The notes under the pieces were generated by a model. The model ran no database searches, was not told the DNA's origin, and saw only the letters and a list, made by a program, of their open reading frames with translations. This document shows, in pieces, positions 26,690 through 39,907 of a stretch of DNA of 64,000 nt. A program made the position numbers and the translations under genes. The first letter of the stretch is position 1. Each line of letters starts with the position of its first letter. The stretch comes from Macrostomum hystrix (lineage: Eukaryota > Animalia > Platyhelminthes), in the NCBI GenBank assembly GCA_950097015.1, contig CATNEN010000002.1, positions 8,928,001 through 8,992,000 on the forward strand, given 5' to 3'.

Positions 26690-27680
26690 TCGGTTCTGAA
26701 TAGGGATCAGGTTGATTTTGAATTGGGATCAGGATGGTTTTGAATGGGGATCAGGTTGGTTCTGAATAGGGATCAGGATGGTTTTGAATGGGATCAGGTT
26801 GGTTCTGAATAGGGATCAGGTTGGTTTTGAATGGGGATCAGGATGGTTCTGAATAGGGATCAGGATGGTTCTGAATGGGGATCAGGATGGTTCTGAATTG
26901 GAATCAGGATGGTTCTGAATGGGGATCAGGATGGTTCTGAATAGGGATCAGGATGGTTCTGAATAGGGATCAGGATGGTTTTGAATGGGATCAGGATGGT
27001 TCTGAATTGGGATCAGGATGGTTCTGAATGGGGATCAGGATGGTTCTGAATTGGGATCAGGATGGTTCTGAATAGGGATCAGGATGGTTTTGAATGGGAT
27101 CAGGTTGGTTCTGAATAGGGATCAGGTTGGTTTTGAATGGGGATCAGGATGGTTCTGAATAGGGATCAGGATGGTTCTGAATAGGGATCAGGATGGTTCT
27201 GAATGGGGATCCGGATGGTTCTGAATTGGAATCAGGATGGTTCTGAATGGGGATCAGGATGGTTCTGAATAGGGATCAGGATGGTTCTGAATAGGGATCA
27301 GGATGGTTTTGAATGGGATCAGGATGGTTCTGAATGGGGATCAGGATGGTTTTGAATAGGGATCCGGATGGTTCTGAATTGGGATCAGGTTGGTTCTGAA
27401 TTGGGATCAGGATGGTTCTGAATGGGGATCAGGATGGTTCTGAATGGGGATCAGGATGGTTCTGAATGGGGATCATGATGGTTCTGAATGGGTATCAGGA
27501 TGGTTCTGAATTGGGATCAAGTTAGTTTTTAATTGGGATCAGGATGGTTCTGAATTGGGATCAGGATGGTTCTGAATAGGGATCCGGATGGTTCTGAATT
27601 GGGATCAGGTTGGTTCTGAATTGGGAACAGGTTGGTTCTGAATTGGGATCAGTATTGTTCCGAAAAGGGATCAGGATGAT
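26690..27680. repeat. 20-21-bp minisatellite (GGGATCAGGATGGTTCTGAAT)n
   Basis: Visible tandem array between eIF2A and RPL27A. Confidence 0.95.
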
Positions 27681-27805
27681 TCTATACGGATTTTCGGGTG
27701 CATGTGATATTGATGGGGTTGAGTAGTAGGGATTTTGAGTATTGAGTGATCAGGATGTTTCGCAATGTGGTTAATCCTTCAACACCCGCCAACCGCAGCT
27801 CCGCA

Positions 27806-28451
27806 ATGTCCAAGCTGAAGCCCACCAAGACCCGCAAGCTCCGCGGCCACGTGTCGCACGGCCACGGCCGAGTCGGCAAGCACCGCAAGCACCCCAGCGG
27901 CCGCGGTAACGCCGGTGGCGCCCACCACCACCGCACCAACTTTGACAAGTACCACCCCGGCTACTTTGGCAAGGTGGGCATGCGGCACTTTCACCTGAAG
28001 CGCAACCCCTACTTCTGCCCGGCTGTCAACACCGACAAGCTGTGGTCGCTGGTCTCTCAGCAGACCTACGACAAGTACAAGGACGGCAACAAGGAGGGCA
28101 AGGTGCCCGTCATCGACTGCCTGCAGGCGGTGAGTGTTCGGAGCTCTTCTGTGCTGTCACTGCATCAGCAATTTACTTATTGCTGACTTCGCCATAATGT
28201 CCCTCGAGGGGCTGTCTATACTTACCCACAATGTCCTTCAAAGGCTACCCTAACTGTAAAATATTCATTTAGTCTAAAGCCGCCGCTGACCAATGTCCTT
28301 CTCTGTTACACCCGCTTTGCAGGGCTTCTTCAAGGTGCTGGGCAAGGGCAACCTGCCCAAGGTGCCAGTGATTGTGAAGGCGAAATTCTTCAGCAAAAAG
28401 GCCGAGGAGAAGATCAAGAAGGTCGGCGGTTCGTGCGTGCTTGTGGCTTAA
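27806..28451 (+). CDS. RPL27A: 60S ribosomal protein L27a (uL15); exons 27806-28129 and 28323-28451
   Basis: [53 protein letters not shown]. After a phase-0 intron: [35 protein letters not shown]. An AATAAA signal follows near 28539. Confidence 0.97.
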
Positions 28452-29448
28452 GGCTGCAACAACTGGCCATTTTAAAAGTTAAATTACATCTTGACTGTGC
28501 CCGCATTGTGAGCCTGACTGCCGCAGCGCTGTTATAAAAATAAATCTGAACTCAACCGGAGCGCAGATCTGCTTGGATACAAAAACATTTCTACTCCAAT
28601 TTGTGGAGTTTTTGCTTCGTGTCTTTGTTACTTAGTGAAATCCCTGACCAGTTGCTGGGCAGGTCGGGTCCATAATTCCAATAGAAGAGCTGATTAGCTC
28701 TGTTGCTCGGCCCAGAAGCTGGCCGTGCGCTGTGAAACTTCTCTAGTCTTCTGCTCTTTGAAGTTCTAGAAGCAGTCGGGTGAAAGTGATCGACTCGGTA
28801 ACCGGACCAAGGCCGGCTTTCATCCTCCTTGTGTGAGTCGTCCAGTCTGGCTCGGGTTTTCACTGGTGGTCCGAGCGCCCCCAAGCCGCCGCGCAGATGG
28901 CGCCACCCGCTGCGCTCACGCAAGGATTTAATTGGGGCCCTACGGGTCACCGCGGGCTCGACCCCCCGAGTCCACTCGAAAGCTATTTTGAGTCCGGTGT
29001 GAGCACAGCAGCGGTGGGAGATGTTTGCAAACAATCTGCCGTCCCAAGGCTGCCTGCTGAGGCGATAGTTGTCTAACAGGGCGGCGGCCTTGCCTCTTTG
29101 AATTCCGCTTCCTAATTAGCGGCCCGCTCAGGCCGTTCCAGATGAAGGTGAGGCAGCGAAAGTGAGTTCGGATTGCGGAGAGAACCAATTTTGATGCGTT
29201 AGTGTGCGGGGCACCTCAGCAGGCGGTCCGCCTTGTCTTGAAGTAGAGCATCCGCCATCCAGTCTGGTCCTGGATGGGGCCTCGGGCCACTGAAATATCA
29301 CGCTGTGCTAGCAGAGAATGCAGATTGAACACTCGGGGTCAGACTGAATTCCAAGACTGAACTAAAAACTTCGACGCCTTTGTTCTTTGAATCATTTGCA
29401 TTCGTTTGTCTGTTGTAGCCCATTGTGCTATCCTGAAAGTTTTCAATT

Positions 29449-29882
29449 TATACCTGATATTGAGCAACAGTGTGCTCAATTCATGCCAAATATTGGGCAA
29501 CAGCGTGCTCAATTTATACCTGATATTGGGCAACAGCGTGCTCAATTTATACCTGATATTGGGCAACAGTGTGCTCAATTTATACCTGATATTGGGCAAC
29601 AGTGTGCTCAATTTATACCTGATATTGGGCAACAGCGTGCTCAATTTATACCTGATATTGGGCAACAGCGTGCTCAATTTATACCTGATATTGGGCAACA
29701 GCGTGCTCAATTTATACCTGATATTGGGCAACAGTGTGCTCAATTTATACCTGATATTGGGCAACAGTGTGCTCAATTTATACCTGATATTGGGCAACAG
29801 TGTGCTCAATTCATGCCAAATATTGGGCAACAGCGTGCTCAATTTATACCTGATATTGGGCAACAGCGTGCTCAATTTATAC
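29449..29882. repeat. 33-bp minisatellite (GCTCAATTTATACCTGATATTGGGCAACAG[C/T]GT)n
   Basis: About 13 visible copies. Confidence 0.95.
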
Positions 29883-30604
29883 TCAAGCGTAGGTATTGTC
29901 TAGGTTAACTAGTTACGAGCTATATATAAGCGAGGCAAAAATTGTGCCGTCCTCGAAAACCAATCTGCGATTCTCTATACATTTACTTGACAGCGTGAAC
30001 TTTTTTAAGGCAAACCTTGAAGCCGATGTTCAGCCAGTCGTTTAGGCGGAGCGGCAGGTGCTGGGCAAATAAACAAGAAGAATCGGCATCATGGCACCGG
30101 TGGGCAGTTTCAGAGTTGGCCTTGACGCAGTAGTCGGTCAATAAAGAATTGCGAATCGCCAGGTGTCTTCGTCCAGGTGATGGCCGCGAGAATTCCGTAG
30201 CCGAGGCACAGAGCAGGAATCTGGCAGACTCCAGGAAGAGAAACTCAGTTTGCCAAGGAATGACAAGGAAATGAATGCAGTCCTTGCTTTTTATTCTTTC
30301 TGAGGTAGTTTAAGTTGATTATTATAGTCGTAGTTGATCTGTCATTCTTGTCCTGCCTCTTTGTCTGTTCTTCCCGAAAAAAGATAGGATCACAATGGGA
30401 GATTCCCAAAATCTTAAAATAAGGCACAAAACCAATTTCACCCACAATATGCAACCGTAAAAATGTCAGCTCAAATCAATTTTATTACTCGCTCATCTCA
30501 GTGAGCAGTGCAAACTGTTGCGTTTGCTGCAAAGCAAGAAACAATTGTGCAAATCCAAGCAAAAAGTTTGTCGCATTTTAATTTCATTTTTAACGGCTGC
30601 GCTC

Positions 30605-31387
30605 TCAGTCGCTTGAGGTCTGCGCCGCGGAGGCTGCCATGGCAGCAGCCGCAGCCGCCGCCGCCGCCTGCCGCAGCCGGTGCCGCTGCAGCGAGCAATC
30701 CGGGCACCAGCAGTGCAGCGGGTGGGCCTGCGGGTACATCAGCGGGTGCGGCGGGAACAGGGCACCGTGAAACGGCAGACTCGGCTGAGCCGTCGACAGA
30801 AGCGGCGACATCTTGGGCATCTCGGAAGCTGCTGCTGTTGATGTCGTCGGTATGAGTGCCGCTGGAGGAGGCGGCTGCTGCTTCGGCGGTGGCGGCGTCG
30901 GATTGGCGACAGTCGCCGCGCTGCTGGCCACGAGGTCGGACGGCGGAGTCGGCGTCGCTCTCGGAGATCCGCCGCCGCCGCTGCCTCGATGCTTGTAGAC
31001 TTCTGCCAGGAGTTTTTTCATCTCGTCCAGCGAGCTCTGGAGCATGAGTATGTAGTTCTTGGCCAGCAGGAGGGTGGCGATCTTAGACAGCTTCTTGACC
31101 GACGGCCCGGTGGCGTAGGGGATGACCTCGCGCAGGCCGTCCAGAGCGGAGTTCAGGTCGTGCATTCGCTTGCGCTCGCGGCTGTTGATTTTCAGCCTGG
31201 AAAAATGAGACAAACAATTGAGTACAACGAAATAATACATAAAAATCACAGCTCAGGTGTGCTTGAGTACTGGAACTCACCTGAGCTCTCTGCCGCCTTC
31301 CATTTTCTTCCCACTGCTGCCGCCGCTACCGCTGCCGACCATGTCATCGTCCAGTTCTTCGTCGCCTGAGGTTGATTCGAGCCTCTC

Positions 31388-31438
<51 letters not shown>

Positions 31439-31483
31439 ATGTTCGAAGTTCAGATTTGCCGAGGGACCCATTCGCGGCATCAT
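30605..31483 (-). CDS. Olig/BHLHE22(Beta3)-family bHLH transcription factor; exons 31483-31281 and 31196-30605
   Basis: ELR|[52 protein letters not shown]. The 84-nt intron is phase-2 GT-AG. Exon 1 contains a polyQ tract. Confidence 0.92.
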
Positions 31484-32829
31484 GTCCAGGCCGAGACAGA
31501 ATTCAGTTTCAAGTTTTGCTGGTGGGTTTGTTTAGTTGGCGATCAATTTTTCGTTTGGAGGGCCGATGAGTCGTGTTTAAATAGAGCGGTCTGGCTCTGA
31601 GTCGGGGTTGGCGGCCGCTTCCAAGCTGGCCGGCCACCCCCTCCGCGGGCCAACCGGCATCAAAAGAAGATTTCCTAGGCCCAAGAAGACCCGCTGGGGT
31701 GTCGCTGGCTGGCATTGTCTTCTGCTCCCGCCAATTCCCATCTGGGGCCCGAGTTCTGAGCTGAGGTGGGCTCCGGTTAATTACTCCTACTGGAGGCCAA
31801 GTGAAGCGATGTTTGGGGATTAACTCAGGATGAAAACTTGTTGGGATTAGGAAAGACCCGTCCCGTCCAAATCCGAGCGGCTCTGTCTTAGTCGTCTCCC
31901 GTTCTGTCCGGCCAGATAATCCGAGCTCCTGGGACAATGGCGCTTGACGCCCGGAGTCCCTCCAGGCCCAGCTCAGCCACCTGAGCGGTCGCTCGTCGAA
32001 GTCACCCCTGCGGCAGTCATTGATCTGTGCTCACTCAATTATTGCTTGCCTGAGCTCGACAAAGAATACTTTTTGAGTCGGATTTGGCGAGTAGATTGCT
32101 ACACGTGCCCGCCTTTGAGGGATTGAGCTCGCTCTGCTGACTCGATCGCCCTGTTGTTTACAATATTTGCCAGTCTGAGTCGAATCTAAAGTTGCTTATC
32201 AATCCCACGAATTTCACAATCGGAAAATGTCTCTCTAATCACTAAGTCTCTGGAATGCCAAAGCCTCAATTAAACCCGAAATTCTTGAAATCCAAATTTC
32301 TGTGATAAAAAAGTTTACTGTCCCCAAAATTACACAATCAGATTTCATAAACTTTCGATTTTTTCCAGGAATCCCCTACGTTTTTTAATAATTTATCAAT
32401 CCATACAAAATTGCTAATTAAATGATCTCAAACATTTCCGACCAGGTTACAGTCTCACATCTGTTCTGCCACTCCCACCGTTTTGTAAAGAGGAAAAATT
32501 GTAACGAGGCCGGCTTCTCAAAATCGCGCAACTGTTTCTTCTACCAAATTTAGTTGCTGGGCAAGCATCTCCCATCGCAACTGGACCCACCAGGAGTCAG
32601 GCCGAGCCGAGGCTTCAATTGGCGTTGCGCCTACGTGGCGGGTTGGGCGAACAATTTTGACAGGTTAAACATGAGAAAACCAAGGTTGGAAATTTGTGAC
32701 AATTAGTGACAAAAACAAACACGTGGGAGAAACACGCGTTTCCTATGTGACCAATTGTTTACGTTCGGAAGCATTGTTCTCCAAGACTGAGAATTATGCA
32801 TATTGCAAAGAGGTGAATTCTATTTTGAC

Positions 32830-33270
32830 AATATTATCCACCTGTTAGACAGGATTAGCTACCTGTTAGACAGAATTATCCACCTGTTAGACAGGATTAG
32901 TTACCTGTTAGACAGAATTATCCACCTGTTAGACAGGATTAGCTACCTGTTTGACAGAATTATCCACCTGTTAGACAGGATTAGCTACCTGTTTGACAGA
33001 ATTATCCACCTGTTAGACAGGATTAGCTACCTGTTTGACAGAATTATCCACCTGTTAGACAGGATTAGCTACCTGTTTGACAGAATTATCCACCTGTTAG
33101 ACAGGATTAGCTACCTGTTTGACAGAATTATCCACCTGTTAGACAGGATTAGCTACCAGTTTGACAGAATTATCCACCTGTTAGACAGGATTAGCTACCT
33201 GTTTGACAGAACTATCCACCTGTTAGACAGGATTATCCAACTGTTAGACAGGATTAGCTACCTGTTAGAC
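32830..33270. repeat. 42-bp (2x21) minisatellite upstream of the bHLH and carboxypeptidase genes
   Basis: (CTGTTAGACAGGATTAGCTACCTGTTTGACAGAATTATCCAC)n. Confidence 0.95.
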
Positions 33271-33902
33271 TGAGCTGAATATCTGTTAGACTGCAGCAGC
33301 TCTGTTAGGCAAGATGCAGGATTATCAAGATGGCTTTTCGACCTTTTGACCAGGCTGGGCCAGGGCCCCTATTAGTTGGTTCTGACAGTGCTTTGCACTT
33401 CACCATAATTGGCACAGTCCGCTAGCAACCCAGTGCAGTCAGAGGCACTTTAGTCTGCGATTCCCAAACCAGCAAACCAACAAACAAGGCCGAGCGGAAT
33501 CATGCACTGTGCAGGGGAAGCAGCCTCGTCAGCTCCCCAACCCAATGGCCTGCATCCGCCGGTACCGGCAGGGCTGCAGTTTTTATGGCGGCTCTTGGAC
33601 CCCCGGGGCAGCCAACGAAACTGCGCAGTCCCGAGGGCTGACCAGCAGCAGCAGCAGAAGTGCGTCATATCATCATTTAATCGTCATATCATCGTGACAG
33701 CCGCAAATCTCGAGCTTCGAACCGAGCCGACGCTAATAGTTTCAGCGAATGGTCTAGTCAAATGTGTTTTTAACGTGGGAAAAATTTCCTATCTGAGTCA
33801 GCCGAGTCTTCAAGCTCTGGCAATTAGCTTAATACGCAGGTGATTCCGAATCAAATAAAAGCAGAGCTTCAACACACTCGGACGATCACTCAGTGCAAGA
33901 AA

Positions 33903-35615
33903 ATGCCCGCCGCCCTGCCGAGCCTGGCGCTCTGCCTCTGCTGCCTGCTGGCGCTCTCCGACTGCCAGAGACGCCGCGTCGAGTCGCTGCCGAGGCTCAA
34001 CTTCCAGCCGAGCTTCCGCCAGTACTCCGGCTACCTCAACTCCACCGACAACCGGCGCCTCTTCTACTGGCTGGTCGAGAGCTCCCACGCGCCACCGTCT
34101 TCTGCGCCGCTCGTGCTGTGGATGAACGGCGGTCCCGGCTGCTCCTCTGTTGGCGGTCTGCTCATGACGAACGGTCCGTTCCTGGCCAACGACCGCGCCG
34201 AGCTGGACCGCAACGAGTTCGCGTGGAACCGGCTGGCCAACGTGCTGTACATCGACTCGCCAAGCGGCGTCGGCCTGAGCGAGCCCGGACCCGTCGACAA
34301 GTCCGTGCTCAACGACAATGTCACCACGCAGCTCAACCTGGCAGCGCTGCTACACTTCTACAGCCTGTTTCCCGAGTACCGAGGCCGGCCCTTCTACATC
34401 GCGGGCGAGAGCTACGCGGGCATCTACATCCCGCTGCTTGCCTCCGCCATCGTGAGCAGCGGCCGCCATCCGCAGCTCATCAACCTGACGGGCATCGCGG
34501 TGGGCAACGGCCTGCACGTTGGAGAGCGTGACTTCCTGGCGAACGAGTTCCGCTCGATGGTGGCCGAGTCCATGGGAGCCGCCCTGGATTTAGTCCGTGT
34601 TTACAGAGTGCGTTGGTGGCTACCACCTCTCATTGTAGCCTTGTAGCCTAGAAATTGTAGCCTTGTTGATTCGTCTTGTAGGTCGACTTGAAGGTTGTGG
34701 GTTCGAATCCCTAATCCATTGGAACAATTTGTGTCCTTTGGCATGACACTTAACTCTGCATTTGTTAGGTGTAATTAAAGGTGGGTGTGGCGTCCCCCCA
34801 GTCAATGGACTGAACAGCCGTACGCAGCCTTCAGATGCGCTGCGCATTAGCTGCGGCTGTGCTGTCGGCTGCACATCTGGCACAATCGTGGCAGGTGTAA
34901 TCAATTATCGTCATTATTATTGGTAGGTGTCGGGTGCGCAGGTGGGTGATTGCGCAGCATCCGCATTAACCCGCAGAATCACGATTTGTCAGCGCTGAAC
35001 CCGTACAACATCGCACAGCCCTGCTACAACGACAGCGAAGCTGACAGCTACCCTTGCTTGAACTCCACCGGCCTCGTCAGCTACCTGAATAACCCGGAGG
35101 TCCGGCGAGCTCTGGGCGTCAGCGAGTCCCGCTCCGTGAAATTCGTCATCTGCAACAGCGAAGTCAACGGGGTCTACCGCAAGAGTGAGGGAGACGTCCT
35201 GGGCCAGCTCGTGAGCCTCGCCAGCCGCGGCGTTCCGACACTGCTGTTCCACGGCACACTGGATGTCCTGCTGCCTGTGCACCTCACCCTGCGGCTGCTG
35301 CGGCGGCTGCCCCGAGACTGCGGTGCCGAGCCGGCGGCCTGGTTCTACTCGCTAGCGAAGCCTGGCTACGGTCAGCAGGTTGGCGGTGTCCAGAGGTCTT
35401 TCCTGCGCGGCCGTCTCCGTCACCGCACGGTGGTCGGCGCTGGACACTCCGTCATCACCGACAGGCCGGAGATTGGCCTCCAGATCCTGGAGGACATGCT
35501 GGCTGGCGATGGCATAGATGTTGACGATGCCTGCGAGTCAGCCAAGTCTGTTGACTGCTGCTGTTCACTGATGCTGCTGCTGCTGTTGCTGGTTCAAGTG
35601 GCAACAGTTTCCTGA
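33903..35615 (+). CDS. Serine carboxypeptidase, family S10 (cathepsin A-like), with signal peptide and hydrophobic C-terminal tail; intron ~34608-34976
   Basis: QYSGYL, LFYWLVES, WMNGGPGCSS, WNRLANVLYIDSP.GVG.S, catalytic GESYAG, GTLD and GAGH. The exact splice sites are uncertain. Confidence 0.88.
34643..34920 (+). mobile_element. tRNA-derived SINE in the carboxypeptidase intron
   Basis: B-box GGTTCGAATCC is followed by TTGTGTCCTTTGGCATGACACTTAACTC. The body matches the reverse complement of 62853-63164. Confidence 0.75.
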
Positions 35616-36223
35616 ACCTGTAGCCATTGCATCAGTTTAATTCAGTATTTTTTAGTTTAGAACTCGCGTTTGTGTTGGCAGCAATGCGACCATCCATTTC
35701 AAGTCAATCTGAAAAGTTGATTTAGCGAGCTATGCAGCCTACTCTCGTGAGTAGCCTGACTCGGCTTGGAGCAGCATTGTTCGCTAGATAAATGAAAAAG
35801 AGTTGCCACTTGAATGTTTGAAAATGAAGTCATCTGCTTGCCTGGGTAGCCTGAGTCTGTGATCAATTAGTCTAATAATGTTTGATTATGCCTGATCATT
35901 GTTGATCAACTCAAGCAATCCTTGATCATTTAGGAATCGTTTTTTATATTAGACAACCCTGGCATATTACTGGTATTTGAAATGTCCTTCAATGAGCTGC
36001 ATTAATTTGAAATCGGACAATAAATAGCAAATGTCCCAGGCATCACATCTTTTGAAAAGGTTTTTACCGCTAAATGTTAGTCTGTTTCATTTCTAAAACT
36101 AATCTATGAGCACAGCTCACTAGATGCAACAAGCAGTCAAACTTCTGTTAAAATGTGTACAGAATTTATTCAGAATTGTATTGAAACAAAAACCTGCAAA
36201 CAAGGTTGCATGAGACCGTAGTT

Positions 36224-36290
36224 CAGGGGTCGGCAACCTCCGGCCCGCGGGCCAGATGCGGCCCTCGAAGCTCCCAAATCCGGCCCTTAG
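36224..36290 (+). mobile_element. hAT (Charlie-type) terminal fragment
   Basis: CAGGGGTCGGCAACCT..GGCCCGCGGGCCAGATGCGGCCC is a typical hAT 5' terminus. No partner end was seen. Confidence 0.55.
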
Positions 36291-36319
36291 CTACTCCTAA
36301 CACCTACTATCAGTACACC

Positions 36320-36860
36320 CTATCTCATCTCTCCCCTGTCTCACCTCTACCCTGTCTTATCTCTCCCCTGTCTCATCTCTCACCTGTCTTATCTCTCCCC
36401 TATCTCATCTCTCCCCTGTCTCACCTCTCCCCTGTCTTATCTCTCCCCTGTCTCACCTCTCCCCTGTCTTATCTCTCCCCTATCTCATCTCTCCCCTGTC
36501 TCACCTCTCCCCTGTCTTATCTCTCCCCTGTCTCACCTCTCCCCTGTCTTATCTCTCCCCTATCTCATCTCTCCCCTGTCTCACCTCTCCCCTGTCTTAT
36601 CTCTCCCCTATCTCATCTCTCCCCTGTCTCACCTCTCCCCTGTCTTATCTCTCCCCTGTCTCATCTCTCCCCTGTCTTATCTCTCCCCTGTCTCACCTCT
36701 CCCCTGTCTTATCTCCCCCGTCTCATCTCTCACCTGTCTTATCTCTCCCCCGTCTCATCTCTCCCCTGTCTTATCTCTCCCCTGTCTCACCTCTCCCCTG
36801 TCTTATCTCCCCCGTCTCATCTCTCACCTGTCTCATCTCTCACCTGTCTCATCTCTCACC
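36320..36860. repeat. 16-bp pyrimidine-rich minisatellite (TCTCACCTCTCCCCTG / TCTTATCTCTCCCCTG)
   Basis: Visible array. Confidence 0.92.
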
Positions 36861-37194
36861 TGCTTCGTCGCGGCGGTGGCGTCGTGCGATCGACTTCTGA
36901 GCTTCTTCACCATCAATTTTAGTATCTCGGGCAGGATGTACTTTTATTTTTTCCAGCTTCTCTTCTAAGCTTTTGTTTAGTGAATTCAATTTCCCATTGT
37001 TTTGCGTTAATCATTGTTTTATCCTAAAATATACAAAGCTGAAAAAAGAAAAGTTATAACACTAACTTCAACGAGTTTTAGGCTACTTCGTGGTCTCTTT
37101 AAATAGGATCTTTGTGGTTCTTTGTTTCGTCTCTTGATAAGTTTACTGAGACAGATAATTTGAAGTACAAAACAATTTAGTCATAAGAAATGCT

Positions 37195-38475
37195 CAGTGG
37201 ATGCCAATATTACATACATTTTTCATCTAGACTGCTGTGCTTTGATTATAGTTATTGTTTTATCAGTTCATCGATTTGAAAATCCAATAAAATAAATCTG
37301 CCAATCTTGTTGAGATTCTAGGATGACAACATCTTGAAGAAAAATGAGTGTTAATGTCTAAAAAACACAACTCAAAGTACATTTTAACATCAAATTAGCC
37401 TGAACTAGGATGCCTAGGCATCACTTGAGTAATAGGTGAGCTGTGTTTTTAGCAGGAGCTGCTGGGCATCCGTCAAGATCAGAACGAAAGGCCGAATCTT
37501 TTAAGTCGCTCCAAATCGCGGTCAATTTCCGCCTCCCAGTCTTCGGTCACCTGGCTGCCAGAAGGCGGCCGCTGGGACTCTGGCTGTGGTGGTGGCTGCG
37601 GTTGCGGCGCTGGAAGAGGCTGCGGTGGTGGCAGAGGCTGCGGCGGTGGCGGAAGCTGAAGCAGAAGCTGCGGCTGTGGCAGAGGCTCCGGCGGTGGCGG
37701 ACGGGCTTCGATATTTCTTGGTTTCTCTGCTGGTTGAGCAGGGATTCTTGGAGGCTCTGCTTTCAATCCCGTTGTGTCACTCTTGCGGTGGTCGGGCCGA
37801 CTGCTGGGCGGCGCACCTTTGAAAGCGGCTGCTGGTTTGTTGGACATCGGAGCTGTCACTTTTTGCGAAGTTTTGGCCGCAGCGGCAGCCGTCGCCGCCT
37901 TCCGACGCCGCTCGTCCTCCAGCAGCTGGGCCAGAAGGTCCACGGCTTTGCTGGAAGCTGCAGGAGCTGCTGGCCTCTGTTGCTGCTGCTGCTGCTGCTT
38001 CTTCTGCATGATTGCTTTGAAGATTTTAGCCCTGAAGTGCCTAGCACACACGCAGCTGGCTAGGAAAGACCCGAAAGGTTTGCCTTGAAACCAGATTCTA
38101 CCCGCATCCCTGTTCGCGAGTGGGTCGCAACTCTATTTATTGTGCTTCCGCCCAGAAACAGAAGACAATCAAATAGAGCTGCAGTGGAGCCTGAGATGCA
38201 TGCTCGATACGCACTGACTGAGCTACTCAACTCACAATAGCTTCATCGGTAAGCAACACATATAGCAGATTATTGAAAAATGTGAAGTGCAGCTACTGAA
38301 AGGCATAAAAATGAATGGCAGGTAAAATTATTCATGCTAAAATGGATGAGAGAGAGATGAGAATCGGGTTGCGCAATTTCGAGAGTCACTGTGGGGTCTT
38401 AAGTCAGGATTGTTTTTATAACGAGGGCCCGCATGCTACTGCGGACACGTAATAGCACAAATCTCAAAAGCATTG
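37195..38475 (-). repeat. Left arm of a ~1.3-kb inverted repeat (partner ~54140-55525)
   Basis: Its reverse complement aligns by eye with 54140-55525 across both coding and AT-rich parts. Confidence 0.9.
37479..38130 (-). CDS. Unknown Gln/Pro-rich protein exon (SCDPLAN..GRIWFQGKPFGSF..SCVCARHFRAKIF...EDWEAEIDRDLERLKRFGLSF)
   Basis: The frame is open from an AAATAG acceptor to TGA. A paralogous copy lies in the right arm. No family was recognised. Confidence 0.4.
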
Positions 38476-39276
38476 TACGCGCTCTTCGGTGCCATACGCA
38501 TAAAAGCAATAATACGCACTGCCACCTGTCAAATTTTAACTAATCACCTGCAAATCAATCGCGTTAAAATTAAACAGAAGCGTAAGAAAATTACAGTGGC
38601 AAGTAGAAAAAGGGATGTCACATTTCATCCTGTTAGAATTTTTTTCTTCCCAAGCAAAAATGAAAGGGTACGAGTACATGCAAAGTACAAGTGACAACCT
38701 GGACAGTCTGGAGAGAAACTTTTCACAGGTGTTAACCTGCTTTTGAGTGTCATCGGCTCTTTACAAGGCCCTCCTCGAGAGGTGAGTCGGATAAGTCACG
38801 ACTAGAAAAGAAACAAGAAATCTCCAAGAAGAGGAAGCTGCGGTAAGGCTCTGAATACCCATTCATTTGAGCCAGGTGTGTTAGCCTGCTATCGCGCTGG
38901 TAATCCTATCGATTTCTTGGATTAACCCGGCAGACCTTGCGTTGCAGAATTCGAATCCCTTTAGACTCAAGACATTCCACGTGTACGCTCTCGGGTTCGA
39001 CTCCCTATTCGCACACAGTGAAGGGTCTGGGTATTAGCTCCGTGCAGAATTACCTGTTAGTGTCAACGTACCTGCGTATACTTGTCCCGTTCCGCTGAGC
39101 ACACTCGCACACTGACATACACGCATTCACATTCACACAGGGTGTGTACACATCACCTGAATCATTCATCGTCAGGTGGTGTACACTACTGTATCACTGT
39201 ACCTTCTATAGTAGTTAGTTCTCCTAAGCAAATCAATAAATAAAAGTAAATCAATAACTTTTCCACAAAACTGCAG

Positions 39277-39897
39277 ACCGAAAGAGCTACGAAGGCATCA
39301 GAGAAGCTTTCGCTTGGAACTTTGCGTTCACTTTCCTGCGCCTCATTGTGCCTAAATTAGATGAGCGCATCAGGGCCACTCTACAAGTCGGAAATATGCT
39401 CAGTCAAAGCAAACTCAACGGCAACAGAATTCATGTAGCCCCTGAAAAAACCATAGTAGTAAAAAAATATTTCATTCTAGTTCCGGAAAAACTTGACCAA
39501 AATATTGATATGGACAAACTATTTCACGGCTGCGAGAAAAATTGTCTGCTGAAGTTTGAAGGCCTGGGCTATCAGAGAAAAGTTTTTGTGTACCTGATGG
39601 ATTTGAGCCACTCACGCCATCATCTTTGGAGATTGGGCCTCTCCAGTTTTTGCCATTAAAAAAATGGAACAAGGACAAGAAGTTCCAGAAACCAACGAGA
39701 AAATCTTCCAGCAGTTCAAGGTCGCTCAAAAGCTGATCCTGAACCACGCAAGCTTTCCCAAGCTGCTTTTCAGCAGTCAGCTTGATGCGGGCGGAGATTG
39801 TCCTAATTGGAGCTCAAATGTGGAAGTACTCGAGGTGAGCGATGGTGACAGCCTGCGACAGCGCCTGGAAAGGGAGGCTGTGAGGCTGAGGCTGTGA
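39277..39897 (+). pseudogene. STING cyclic-dinucleotide-binding-domain paralog exon, frameshifted
   Basis: EAFAWNFAFTFLRLIVPKLDERI...KYFILVPE...GLGYQRKVFVYLM, then a frame change near 39606-39612 to HAIIFGDWASPVFAIKKM...FQQFK...LILNH. It is collinear with 47959-48590. Confidence 0.8.
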
Positions 39898-39907
39898 AAG
39901 GGTTCAA

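Noticed and set aside
28591-29340. GC-rich minus-strand ORFs downstream of RPL27A, faintly like a Penelope GIY-YIG tail
   Set aside because: No convincing catalytic motif in any frame I read, so it was left uncalled.
38030-38060. CVCARHF as a THAP domain
   Set aside because: The upstream C, FP and W spacing of THAP domains is not present.
38960-39010. tRNA gene suggested by GGTTCGACTCC
   Set aside because: No cloverleaf or A-box at the proper spacing could be built; at most a decayed SINE.
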